This document shows, in pieces, positions 1 through 8,408 of a stretch of DNA of 51,048 bases. Source of the stretch: a virus (Duplodnaviria > Caudoviricetes); the IMG/VR virus record IMGVR_UViG_3300005099_000077, positions 1 through 51,048 of that record; one strand, 5' to 3'. The notes beneath the pieces were generated by a model, which was not told the DNA's origin, ran no database searches, and saw only the letters and a list, made by a program, of their open reading frames with translations. How positions within the stretch are numbered: position 1 is the stretch's first letter; each line of letters opens with the position of its first letter. A program made the translations under genes and the position numbers.

Positions 1-91
1 AAGCTGCTGCGGTTTTGTCTATGAAATGATAGGTTCGCCCACAAAAGGGGCAGGTTACACTCGTTTTGGTAATCCGCATCCAATAGCTCAT
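1..91. repeat. Terminal direct repeat (circular contig overlap), left copy
   Basis: Bases 1-91 are identical to 50958-51048. Confidence 0.97.
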
Positions 92-264
92 CCTTCCCAC
101 TCCTTGTCAAACATTTCGTGTTCAGGCCAGCCCCATTCTGCTGCCTCCTCCTCGAAGCGACAGAGCATTTCCCACAAATCCTGAACAAAAGCAGGAGGCA
201 ACTCTAATCCATATTCGTTTGCCAGGATAGTGACTTCATCCTCGAATAGAAGTTGATTCATCAT
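88..264 (-). CDS. Small acidic hypothetical protein (58 aa, MMNQLLFEDE...)
   Basis: Read manually (below ORF-track cutoff). TGA overlaps the ATG of the next gene (ATGA at 88-91). Confidence 0.7.
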   Translation of the reverse strand: MMNQLLFEDEVTILANEYGLELPPAFVQDLWEMLCRFEEEAAEWGWPEHEMFDKEWEG

Positions 265-278
265 TGGTCAATCCCCCA

Positions 279-542
279 CTACCGGACACATTGTGGACGC
301 CGAAAAATGCTTTTCCATCCCCAATTAGTAAGATGAGGTCCCCAAACGTGTTCCCACCCCTGGGCCTCTAAAGATTTCTTCTCGTCAGGATAGTTGGGAT
401 TGCATAAAGAATGATTAGAATGATTATTGGAAAAGTAACAACAGGCGTCTACTTCAATATATTCATAGCCCGGCTCTACTGTGCCTCCTGTGAGCGCATA
501 TAAGTGCCACTCTGCAAGCTCTCCAGGATTAAGTTTGCGCAT
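279..542 (-). CDS. Hypothetical protein
   Basis: ORF 279..581; probable start MRKLNP at 542 behind GGGAGGGG. Confidence 0.65.
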   Translation of the reverse strand: MRKLNPGELAEWHLYALTGGTVEPGYEYIEVDACCYFSNNHSNHSLCNPNYPDEKKSLEAQGWEHVWGPHLTNWGWKSIFRRPQCVR

Positions 543-744
543 TATCCCCCTCCCACTGCCGGATAGGTTGGCTATATTCACAGTAACGCTCTTCCAGATA
601 ATTTATAAGCCGCCTGTATGCCGGACTAGACAGGGCTTCCTCCAACTCCAACCGTGCCCTCTCTATTTCCCGCTGGAGACGTATAATAGCCAACTCTTGT
701 TCTATAATGGCTGGGTCATTTTCAAACAGTAACTGTCTCGCCAT
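529..744 (-). CDS. Small coiled-coil hypothetical protein (MARQLLFEND...)
   Basis: ORF 529..807; start at 744 behind GGAGGAG; heptad-like E/R/L-rich helix. Confidence 0.7.
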   Translation of the reverse strand: MARQLLFENDPAIIEQELAIIRLQREIERARLELEEALSSPAYRRLINYLEERYCEYSQPIRQWEGDNAQT

Positions 745-1804
745 TGGTCTCCTCCCTCGCCAAAGCTTCAAGCTCTTCCTCCTCCCGCCCTTGTTCACTG
801 GCAACAACTATTCGCTCTAGTGCGTCCAACTCTTTTGGAGACAAATCCGAAAGATGAACGCCCGGATTAGCCTCCAGGATGTTGGCAATCTTCGTTGCCA
901 TCGGGACAGGCGGACACTGCAAGTGCGCATACTTCTCCTTCAGGGGGTCATCTGCTATCATATCCAGCGTGCTCTGGCCCCATATTCGCACAAGCAGGTC
1001 GTGAGGAGACAAGGCGCTAGCCCACTCCCCTGGTCGGGCTTTGCGGGCCGGGCGTGGCGGCTGGCGCTTGTTATAGTGGGGCTTGATATAAAGTTTCTGT
1101 GACGGGTCAGGCATCATCCGCCAACGCCATTCCCCCATTGTGGGCGAACCCCTAACCTTAAGGTCTAACTCCTCCGTGTGGTCAGGGTCGTCATCTTTCC
1201 AGCCCCGCAGCCCATCGAGAGAAAGAACAGAAGCTTCGGCTTGTCGCTGACGTGCTTGAGAGCTTGTTTGTATGGCATTCAAGAAGCGCGTAACCAAAAA
1301 GCGAGATGACAAATGCGACGCATCTTTAGCGCGTTTTCCGCGCTTGAGGGCTTCAATAGCTGCCCGGTCAGCTACGCGGTCAATAAGGTCGAGGTTTGCC
1401 ATCTCGACATTCCACAAACCTCGTTCACGCAACAAAACCGTGAGACTATGTTGCAAGGCATTTTTGATGGCGACGAAATCTTCGGCCAGACCTTCACGTT
1501 CTAACCAGGCCAGCGTTTCAGGGTCGTCTAATTTTATCTGAGGGCGTCCGCGTCCAGCCTTTGGAGGAAGGTCAGGCAGGCGAGGAATTATGTCCACAAG
1601 GGGCGTTTTACCTTCGAGGCGTCGCTTGAGGTATTCACGTAGTTTGTCCCATTCGGGACATTGATAAACAATATCATTTAATAAGTCCTGTCCTACGTTT
1701 TCTACCTCAGCAATGCCTATGCGATAGAACGCCGCTATTTTTTCAATGGGCCAACCTTCCTCCAGCCGTAGACGGACAACCGCGCGTTGCTGCTTCGTAA
1801 GCAT
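722..1804 (-). CDS. Putative transcription regulator with N-terminal sigma-region-4-like HTH
   Basis: LTKQQRAVVRLRLEEGWPIEKIAAFYRIGIAEVENV resembles sigma70 r4; RBS GGAGGG before ATG at 1804. Confidence 0.55.
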   Translation of the reverse strand: MLTKQQRAVVRLRLEEGWPIEKIAAFYRIGIAEVENVGQDLLNDIVYQCPEWDKLREYLKRRLEGKTPLVDIIPRLPDLPPKAGRGRPQIKLDDPETLAWLEREGLAEDFVAIKNALQHSLTVLLRERGLWNVEMANLDLIDRVADRAAIEALKRGKRAKDASHLSSRFLVTRFLNAIQTSSQARQRQAEASVLSLDGLRGWKDDDPDHTEELDLKVRGSPTMGEWRWRMMPDPSQKLYIKPHYNKRQPPRPARKARPGEWASALSPHDLLVRIWGQSTLDMIADDPLKEKYAHLQCPPVPMATKIANILEANPGVHLSDLSPKELDALERIVVASEQGREEEELEALAREETNGETVTV

Positions 1805-1818
1805 AGTATTCCCTCCTC

Positions 1819-1857
1819 TCTCCACTATTCCCTCCAGAAAACCCTACTTTATGTCAA
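1819..1857 (-). promoter_or_regulatory. Promoter-like motif TTGACATAAA-N11-TGGAGGGAATAGTGGAGA, copy 1
   Basis: Both blocks and the spacing are identical to 13603-13641. Confidence 0.7.
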
Positions 1858-3494
1858 TCGTCCTTTTTTATCTTCTCTTCATCACTTCCTTCCGTGCTGT
1901 CCAACTGCGTTAACACCAACCCGATTGACGCAGCATAGTCGCACAATTCGCCAAAGTCAACCGGATGGCCCCGCAATTCCTCCAACAGAATGCGCGCTTC
2001 TTCGTATGCTGTCTCCGCATCCTCCTTCTGCCCATCACGGGCAAACGTATCGCCCAATCGCAGCCAAAAGGCTACCTCCTCGTATGTCCGGTGACACCGC
2101 ACCAAATCGGTTGTGGCGTTTGAGATACTTACTACTTTGCTTTCGCCTTCGTCCTCCTCAATGGCACGGGCCGCCGTCCAACGTCCTGTCCCTATCACCA
2201 CCTCCCTGATATACGTCTCTGGCACGCTATACCAGGCTTCCTGTATAATCTTCTCCCGCTCTTCCACCGTAAGCTCATTAACCCGATGGAAAACGGGATT
2301 GTCCAGCGTGCCGGTTATGTAGTAATCGGCATCATCAAACTCGTCTACCGCATTCGGATTTAACTCCTCTAAGCACATCCAAATGGGCAAACCCCACTTG
2401 CTCGAACGGAAGAAAGTGCGCTCTTCCTTTGGGTCGAAGTAAAACCAGACTTCCCCCTCAGCCAGCATTATGGCCCGACAGATGACGAACGGGTCGGAGT
2501 AGTCGGGATTGAAGGCCCATAGCGCATTCTCGAACCCGCCCACCTTCGTCCCCATATAGATACTCCGGTTGGGCCAGACAAGCCAGGACGTGCCCTCAAG
2601 GTCACTCCAATCGAACGCCAACGGGCCTAAATACAGCAGGTCTTCTTCGCGTCCTTCGAGGACAACGGCGGAGGCTATGCCCGCAAAGTCATCGTCATAT
2701 TCGTAACCCTCCGCTTCGGCAATGGTGGCCTCCTGCACTTCCGCCCGTTCCTCCTTCTTCTTTTTCTTCTTGCCCTTCTTCTTGCTTGTGTAGGACGTGT
2801 AATGATAGCTGGCTTCGCTCAGAAGACGGGCATTCTCCAACTCCTCGTAAGGTGTTTCAGTAACCCGAACGGGCAAGCTACAACCAGCCACCCGCCTTGT
2901 ATGTTCGGCAGGAATAAGGAAGGTGGGGATAACGCTTCCTAAAATCTCCGCCCCGGTCTCCGGGTGTTTACCTACTTCCAACAAGCCCCCGCTTTTGTAG
3001 ATATAGACGCCATCCTCTAACATAAACAAGGAAACGCCATCGCCCATTGTCACATAATTCGGGTCGAGGTCTTCCATTACGCGCCACATCACGTAGGCAT
3101 CAGAGACGTTGGGAGGGGCAGGCATCTCCACGCCTCTGGCAACCAGCGCCCACCACGCCATCCGCCAATCTGTCCACGTTCCGTTGAAGGCGTAGATAAC
3201 TTTGTTGCCCACAAAGGGCATACAAAGCTCGTCACACACTCGCCCAACGGAGGGAATGCGGGTGTGAAAGATGACGCCATAGCGCATTTTATCTTGATTT
3301 TCCCTTATTACCGCCAAAAGCTCAGCGGGTGTTTTGGCCACGCCCTTGACGCCTTTGAATTCTCCGGTTTCGGCGTCAATCCAGGCGATGCCGTTGCCCT
3401 TCCCTCCGCCTACCTTTATCAGGTGTGCCATATAGCCTACCAAAGTTTCATCACTCCAGGCTTCAGGATGAGGAATGTAAGCTAGTCTGCACAT
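1854..3494 (-). CDS. Class II (Ntn) glutamine amidotransferase-like protein with long acidic C-terminal extension
   Basis: Start M-C-R-L (Cys2 nucleophile), GNGIAW, IFHTRIPSVG, CMPF, FNGT, VSD motifs. Confidence 0.85.
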   Translation of the reverse strand: MCRLAYIPHPEAWSDETLVGYMAHLIKVGGGKGNGIAWIDAETGEFKGVKGVAKTPAELLAVIRENQDKMRYGVIFHTRIPSVGRVCDELCMPFVGNKVIYAFNGTWTDWRMAWWALVARGVEMPAPPNVSDAYVMWRVMEDLDPNYVTMGDGVSLFMLEDGVYIYKSGGLLEVGKHPETGAEILGSVIPTFLIPAEHTRRVAGCSLPVRVTETPYEELENARLLSEASYHYTSYTSKKKGKKKKKKEERAEVQEATIAEAEGYEYDDDFAGIASAVVLEGREEDLLYLGPLAFDWSDLEGTSWLVWPNRSIYMGTKVGGFENALWAFNPDYSDPFVICRAIMLAEGEVWFYFDPKEERTFFRSSKWGLPIWMCLEELNPNAVDEFDDADYYITGTLDNPVFHRVNELTVEEREKIIQEAWYSVPETYIREVVIGTGRWTAARAIEEDEGESKVVSISNATTDLVRCHRTYEEVAFWLRLGDTFARDGQKEDAETAYEEARILLEELRGHPVDFGELCDYAASIGLVLTQLDSTEGSDEEKIKKDD

Positions 3495-3495
3495 A

Positions 3496-4380
3496 TCAGT
3501 CACCCTCCCTTTCGATTATCTGCTTGAATAAATTCAGGTATGCGTCCTGCGAGATTTCTATCTTCAGGCCCGGCCCTGTGTTGACCTCCGAAACATAGGC
3601 CGTATCTGTGTCTTCTACATACATCACGTCCGCCGCGCCATACGTCAGGCCCAAAACATCAATGGCCTTAATGCCTGTCTGCAAAACGACGGAAGGAATT
3701 CGCCACGGTTTACGCGAATGAAAGCGATAGCCCGCTGCAAAATTCCACACCTTGCTGTCCCTGTCCCATTCGTCCTCGTCCACGACAACTTTGCGCTGGA
3801 CGAAAATCATATCGGGCGAATCGTCGTGTTGGGCATTCGTCCAGCCTACGTGTATTCTATACTCTCTGTCCTTTGGGATATAGGACATTGCGTAGCCCCG
3901 GCCCGCCTGCCGACAAGCGCTCGCCACCTCTTCGGATGTTTCGCAAAAATAAAAGCCGCGCCCGCCCTGGTGATTGGGCTTCCGCACAATCAGGGGCAAG
4001 CCCAGGCGTTCGACAAGAACATCCACAGGCTGAGGCAGGAGAAGGGTGGGAGGCACAGAAACACCGTGGTCGGCTAGAAATTGGCGCGCCCTGGGCTTGT
4101 TCGCAGCCAGGCCGATAGCGGCGGGAGACTGCACGTCTATGAGATTGTCGAAGTCGTAGCGGACGGAATAGGGACTTGTGCAGCCCCAACGCAGGAGAAG
4201 AACGGGCGTTCCATCACGGGGATGGCGGAAGCCTCTCTCCCTGTGCAGGCGGCCCAGGATGGACTTCCCCCACCGCACGCTTGTCCCGTAGGCGTCAAAG
4301 CCCATCTCCCGCAGGCGACGGCCTAACCGACGCGAGGTCGTTCCTGTTTTCCCCTTTAGCCCCGCAACGATTATAATCAT
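3496..4380 (-). CDS. RimK/YheCD-like ATP-grasp ligase
   Basis: LLRWG, AANK, VSVPPT, PLIVRK..HQGGRG, EYRIHV, YGAADV, SEVNTGPG. Confidence 0.9.
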   Translation of the reverse strand: MIIIVAGLKGKTGTTSRRLGRRLREMGFDAYGTSVRWGKSILGRLHRERGFRHPRDGTPVLLLRWGCTSPYSVRYDFDNLIDVQSPAAIGLAANKPRARQFLADHGVSVPPTLLLPQPVDVLVERLGLPLIVRKPNHQGGRGFYFCETSEEVASACRQAGRGYAMSYIPKDREYRIHVGWTNAQHDDSPDMIFVQRKVVVDEDEWDRDSKVWNFAAGYRFHSRKPWRIPSVVLQTGIKAIDVLGLTYGAADVMYVEDTDTAYVSEVNTGPGLKIEISQDAYLNLFKQIIEREGD

Positions 4381-4391
4381 TGTTCGCCTCC

Positions 4392-5891
4392 TTAGAAATC
4401 TATCTCCTCATCTATCTCCTCATCCGGGTCTATATCGGGCCATTCGATTATGGCCTGGAAACGGTCAGGCAGGGTGTCCAGGACGCGCCGGGCTTCTTCA
4501 TCGTAGCGGCTATTGTGTATCATCTGAGTGTCGGCGTTGTCTATACGAGCATACTCATACATCTCCTCCAGGTCGGCCATCCACCTCAAGTTTGTTATTC
4601 TACCTAACCGCGCCATAATCCACCGCAGTATCTCCGCCGGATTGGGCCGGTAAGAACCCATCACGTGGGTGTTAATGGTGATAATGTTGGCGTTCTCATA
4701 CAGGTCACGGGTGACGCTTACCGTATTGGGGAGTATTCGGCACACACCATCTATGTGAGCATCCCAAAGTTCAACCATATTGGTCGCACAGTAAGCACTA
4801 GGTTTCCACCCGCCCAATGCATCCCACGTAAGCAGGTCGCTGAAGTTGCGAAAGACAAGCAGGATAGGCTTTGGCAGCGAGACGGCCAGAGCCACAGGAT
4901 ACTCCCCCGTCTCCCAATGGGCAAAGTTTCGCATATAATTTTCGTCCTTGTCAAACCATACGAAATTCCACACGTCACCTACCGGCGGCCTGCGTAAAGT
5001 GTCGTAAAGGTCATTAGTTGGGGCGTTAGCCTCCCGCCACCGGGCCAACTCCTCTTCGGTTGTAAAGCCCCAGGCCACCCGCAGGTCACGATTTTCCCGC
5101 CACGTGCGGCCCAATATAACGCACTGTTTCAGATAGCCTAACGCCCCAGCAATCTCCCGGTCACGATATAGCTGATATTTAGGCCAGGTTTTCGCCACGG
5201 CCCAAAAGTGCGCCTTCAGATGGGCGGTATTGTATTCGCTATAATCCTTTGCCAGGGCGTCTTTCGGTGGAGTATAGGGCCGAGGTGGAATGTGGCCGTT
5301 AAAGAATTCCCAGGCCACCATATAGGCCAGACTGAGGTAAGCCTTTGCAATGCCAGGCTCGACAATCCAGCTACCTGGGGCGCGATACTCCAGGCCGTGA
5401 GGCTGTTGTCGCCAATTAAAGAGACCGCCATAGGTGGTGTTCATTCGGCGCTGACGGGCATCCTCTCGTCCCTCAAGGAGGAGGGCCAAAGGCGCAAAGT
5501 GATAAGCTAGCACTTCCACCAAATCATTATAGATACTCTCCCGATGGAAACGTTTGGGAAAGCCAAAATGAATATGGCCACCCACCGGGTCAGGCCCTAC
5601 CATATTGCCCGCCTTTACCTTGAGGACGCGCATTCGGTGGCTATATGCAGCCTTTTCAGCCAGTTTACGGGTCAAGGCCCCGATAAGAATGCGCACGTTG
5701 TTCACGACTTCAACGGGCCGCACACCAGGCCGGGGACGAATTTCGCCTATATCGGGATGTCCGTCCAGCCCTATGTTTCCGCTCCGGCCTAGGTAACGGA
5801 TGTTAATGTCGTCGGCCATCACCTGCTGGCCCGTAAGAACATTGACATAACCGAATTCAGGGTCAGCCCCTAAAGAAAGTTGGACAGTCAT
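4392..5891 (-). CDS. phiEco32-like COOH-NH2 ligase type 2 (glutamine synthetase/GCS fold amidoligase)
   Basis: LGADPEF, IGLDG, GEIRPRP, GGHIHFG, RR..YG, HGLEYR..GSW motifs. Confidence 0.88.
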   Translation of the reverse strand: MTVQLSLGADPEFGYVNVLTGQQVMADDINIRYLGRSGNIGLDGHPDIGEIRPRPGVRPVEVVNNVRILIGALTRKLAEKAAYSHRMRVLKVKAGNMVGPDPVGGHIHFGFPKRFHRESIYNDLVEVLAYHFAPLALLLEGREDARQRRMNTTYGGLFNWRQQPHGLEYRAPGSWIVEPGIAKAYLSLAYMVAWEFFNGHIPPRPYTPPKDALAKDYSEYNTAHLKAHFWAVAKTWPKYQLYRDREIAGALGYLKQCVILGRTWRENRDLRVAWGFTTEEELARWREANAPTNDLYDTLRRPPVGDVWNFVWFDKDENYMRNFAHWETGEYPVALAVSLPKPILLVFRNFSDLLTWDALGGWKPSAYCATNMVELWDAHIDGVCRILPNTVSVTRDLYENANIITINTHVMGSYRPNPAEILRWIMARLGRITNLRWMADLEEMYEYARIDNADTQMIHNSRYDEEARRVLDTLPDRFQAIIEWPDIDPDEEIDEEIDF

Positions 5892-6676
5892 AGCACGCCC
5901 CTCCTTCTCATTTCATAGTATACGTCGTTAACTCTTTGTGGTGTTAAGGCATTCCACAAGTCTTCAACGTCTTCATAAATGTCACTAAGATAACGTAAAA
6001 CAGTGCCCACACTGGTATCAAAGTAATTAGCCGTTGTCTGATAAAGAGTGTCCAAAAGTGTTTCCTTAGCAAAGATGGGATGAGCAATAACCAATCTTGT
6101 CTCGCTATCGCAGTGCCGACAAAGATGAGCCGATTGGCCGAAACAACGAAACAATGCCCAACATTTCTCTTTCCAATCAGAGTTAATCATTACAGGACAG
6201 TTAAAGCGGTTGTCCCATAAATTAGGCCATAACTCCTTATGGCGTAAGGCATCCCATAACCGCACATAATCGGCCATATTGTCGGTGTGACATATCGGTA
6301 TTGTAAAAACGCTTTCGATGTTATCGTTCCGCAGGATGGGCGTATAGCGACGTATACGCTCACGCATTCGGTAAGCCCTGGCCAACGTGCTGTATTGGGC
6401 CTTGACTATGTTGCGCAAAAGGCCCACCCGAAAAGTAGGCGGGGCAATCAAGGCCCACAACCAGCTCGCCCGCTTGAGTAAATCAGGATTGTCAAGCAAA
6501 AACACGCGCAGGTCTTCCACAGGCTCAGGCCAAACGGCATCCAGGTGAGAACCCGCCCGCACATAGAGAGCATCCCATCGCTGTGAAAAACGTCCAGGAA
6601 GCTTATTAGTCCCTTTAATGCGGTGAACATAAACGCACCTGTATTTATTCCCACGCACCTTAAAGAAACGAGACAT
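5888..6676 (-). CDS. Hypothetical protein, first gene of amidoligase operon
   Basis: 262-aa ORF, strong RBS GAGGAGGTG, ATGA overlap with the ligase. Confidence 0.8.
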   Translation of the reverse strand: MSRFFKVRGNKYRCVYVHRIKGTNKLPGRFSQRWDALYVRAGSHLDAVWPEPVEDLRVFLLDNPDLLKRASWLWALIAPPTFRVGLLRNIVKAQYSTLARAYRMRERIRRYTPILRNDNIESVFTIPICHTDNMADYVRLWDALRHKELWPNLWDNRFNCPVMINSDWKEKCWALFRCFGQSAHLCRHCDSETRLVIAHPIFAKETLLDTLYQTTANYFDTSVGTVLRYLSDIYEDVEDLWNALTPQRVNDVYYEMRRRGVL

Positions 6677-6699
6677 TTCGCACCTCCTCTTACGTCTTC

Positions 6700-6766
6700 G
6701 CTTTGGCCTCGATGAGGAAGGAGGATAACATCCTCCGCCCTCATCGAGGCCAAAGCCTCGATGAAG
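6700..6766 (-). promoter_or_regulatory. Long hairpin with an alternative third arm, upstream of the amidoligase operon
   Basis: 18-bp perfect inverted repeat 6700-6717/6739-6756 with inner GGAGGAT/ATCCTCC stem; third arm at 6755-6766. Confidence 0.7.
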
Positions 6767-6769
6767 GGG

Positions 6770-7135
6770 ATTTTAGGAGGGCCGTAGCCGTCCAGGGGTG
6801 TTGTAACCAATGGGACTACTGCCCCCCTGCCCGCCAGCCACACTCACCCCTTCCTACCCTGGCCTTCCGGCGGACAGGCCGAGGGCCTATTGGCGAACGG
6901 ATAAAATATAACATTAAATCCGCCGCCTTTGTATGCAGGGCGCAGCCCCCGACGTGCGCCCAGCACCCCTCCAGGCATCCTCACCCTTACGGGTGGAACG
7001 AGGCCGTAGCCTCTGGAGGTAAGCAGGCCCCGTCTGGCGGGAGTTACTAGGAAAGCCGGGCGGCTTTCGTGCTCTCCTCCCTGCGTCACCGCCATTGGCC
7101 CAGGGCGAGAGGGCGGAGGTTTTGCTCTCCGCCTA
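6770..7135 (-). ncRNA. Candidate large structured non-coding RNA (unclassified)
   Basis: Nested helices GTAAC/GTTAC, CCCGCCAG/CTGGCGGG, GCTTACC/GGTGAGT; hairpins with cUACGg (twice) and GUAA loops; no convincing ORF. Confidence 0.6.
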
Positions 7136-7141
7136 GCAAAT

Positions 7142-7197
7142 TGGGCCGTGGGGAGTTGAACCCCTAGACCTCAAACCCTGCATCCGCGCAGCGGCCC
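7142..7197 (-). ncRNA. Minimal tRNA-like element lacking an anticodon arm
   Basis: GGGCCG/CGGCCC acceptor-like stem plus A, CTGC-GCGGAT-GCAG D-like hairpin, GGGG-TTCAACT-CCCC T-arm. Confidence 0.5.
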
Positions 7198-7625
7198 AAA
7201 AAGTCATTCCGCAGGTGTGCATCCCTGGCCAGAACTTCCGCCAAATAGTCCAGGTGTAGCGTCAGGCAAGTATTGGCTACCGTTGTGCAATCCCGTAGCC
7301 CTGGAATGCCCTCGACATAGGAGGATTGCCAAACCCGCCCGCCACAAACCCACTCGCCATAATGTCCCTGCACTATGGCGAAAAGAATTTCAGCGTTGGG
7401 CACACAACAAAACATATAGTGACGCGGTTTGCTCCTATCATAGGGCGGGTGGCGGTCGCCCCACTTCCGCAAAAACCGATTGCGGCGTTGGGCGCGCATT
7501 GCCAGGGCGGACATCTGACGTTGCTTTTTTCGCCTTGCCCGCTTGCTATCACGAGGCGCAATGGCTACCGATTGAAGATATTTTACTCGCTTAATTAGAT
7601 ATTTAATCCTTTCGTCTGCGTTCAT
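7164..7625 (-). CDS. Hypothetical early protein (basic N-terminus)
   Basis: ORF 7164..7655; likely start MNADER at 7625 (ATGA overlap with upstream gene). Confidence 0.7.
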   Translation of the reverse strand: MNADERIKYLIKRVKYLQSVAIAPRDSKRARRKKQRQMSALAMRAQRRNRFLRKWGDRHPPYDRSKPRHYMFCCVPNAEILFAIVQGHYGEWVCGGRVWQSSYVEGIPGLRDCTTVANTCLTLHLDYLAEVLARDAHLRNDFLGRCADAGFEV

Positions 7626-8326
7626 AATACTCCCCTCTCCTTCAGCCAATCCCAATGGAGGCGGTCGGCCTTCCGATACAGAGCCTCAATATGTAAAGGC
7701 GGTTCCATCCGCAGGCTCGTCCGCCCATAGGACGGACTTTCGTGCGGCTCAACTATCACGCCGTCGTCCTCCGTCCAAAGAAACCATCGAGACGCCTGAT
7801 ATGAACTAATCCAACCCCAATCGGGCCGTCTAACTACCACGCCGTAGTAAGTCGCCCGAATATGTGCAGGTTCGATTGGAGGCAACGGTGGGCTATTCAC
7901 TTCATATAGCATTGTGGCTACATCGCTCAGCATCAGCATCGCCGCCTCATTTATACGGTCGCTTTCGTCAAACGGTGGCGTAGCGAATAGCCGAGGCGAC
8001 GTGGGCCGCCAAATGGCAAGCACATCGGTAAAGTAGAACAACGCCTTGACGTGTATTCGCCGCCCCATTAAGCGAATGTTTCCCCGAATAACCCGCCACC
8101 GGTCGTCTTGCCATTCGCCATCAATTATGTGGTAAGCCCACCGCTTGCCTTGCTGGTATGCCACCTCTACCTGTCGCTGATAAACTTCGGACGAACAGGT
8201 AGCGAATGCCGTGGGCAATCGGTTTACCCTCGAACACCCAAACCACCCATCCACAGGCGGCCATAAGGTTGGGCTAACAAACGCTTTAACAAAGTTTTCC
8301 CGTCCAAATCCTCTCCGTTCCGGCAT
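7622..8326 (-). CDS. Hypothetical early protein
   Basis: 234-aa ORF with RBS GAGGGGG directly after a repeated promoter-like motif. Confidence 0.75.
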   Translation of the reverse strand: MPERRGFGRENFVKAFVSPTLWPPVDGWFGCSRVNRLPTAFATCSSEVYQRQVEVAYQQGKRWAYHIIDGEWQDDRWRVIRGNIRLMGRRIHVKALFYFTDVLAIWRPTSPRLFATPPFDESDRINEAAMLMLSDVATMLYEVNSPPLPPIEPAHIRATYYGVVVRRPDWGWISSYQASRWFLWTEDDGVIVEPHESPSYGRTSLRMEPPLHIEALYRKADRLHWDWLKERGVL

Positions 8327-8337
8327 TTTATCCCCCT

Positions 8338-8376
8338 CATATATCAGGCAAATAATGCGACAATAATTTTACATAA
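8338..8376 (-). promoter_or_regulatory. Repeated 39-bp early-region promoter-like motif, copy A
   Basis: TTATGTnAAnTnnnTGTCGCATTnnTTGCCTRATATATG, shared with 10323-10361 and 12242-12280. Confidence 0.8.
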
Positions 8377-8408
8377 TAAGTCCAGGCGGGGCCAGGCCCC
8401 GCCGCAGG

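Noticed and set aside
1-91. 91-bp terminal repeat as a biological DTR
   Set aside because: It falls inside a gene in the middle of an operon, so it is most likely the assembler's circular overlap
6810-7020. Group I intron (CCAGAGGCTAC and GTAGTCC resemble the R and S elements)
   Set aside because: No P/Q elements found, no interrupted gene, and GGCTAC is already used in a cUACGg hairpin
6770-7197. Permuted or standard tmRNA
   Set aside because: No G3:U70 pair or CCA in the tRNA-like part, and no tag reading frame identified
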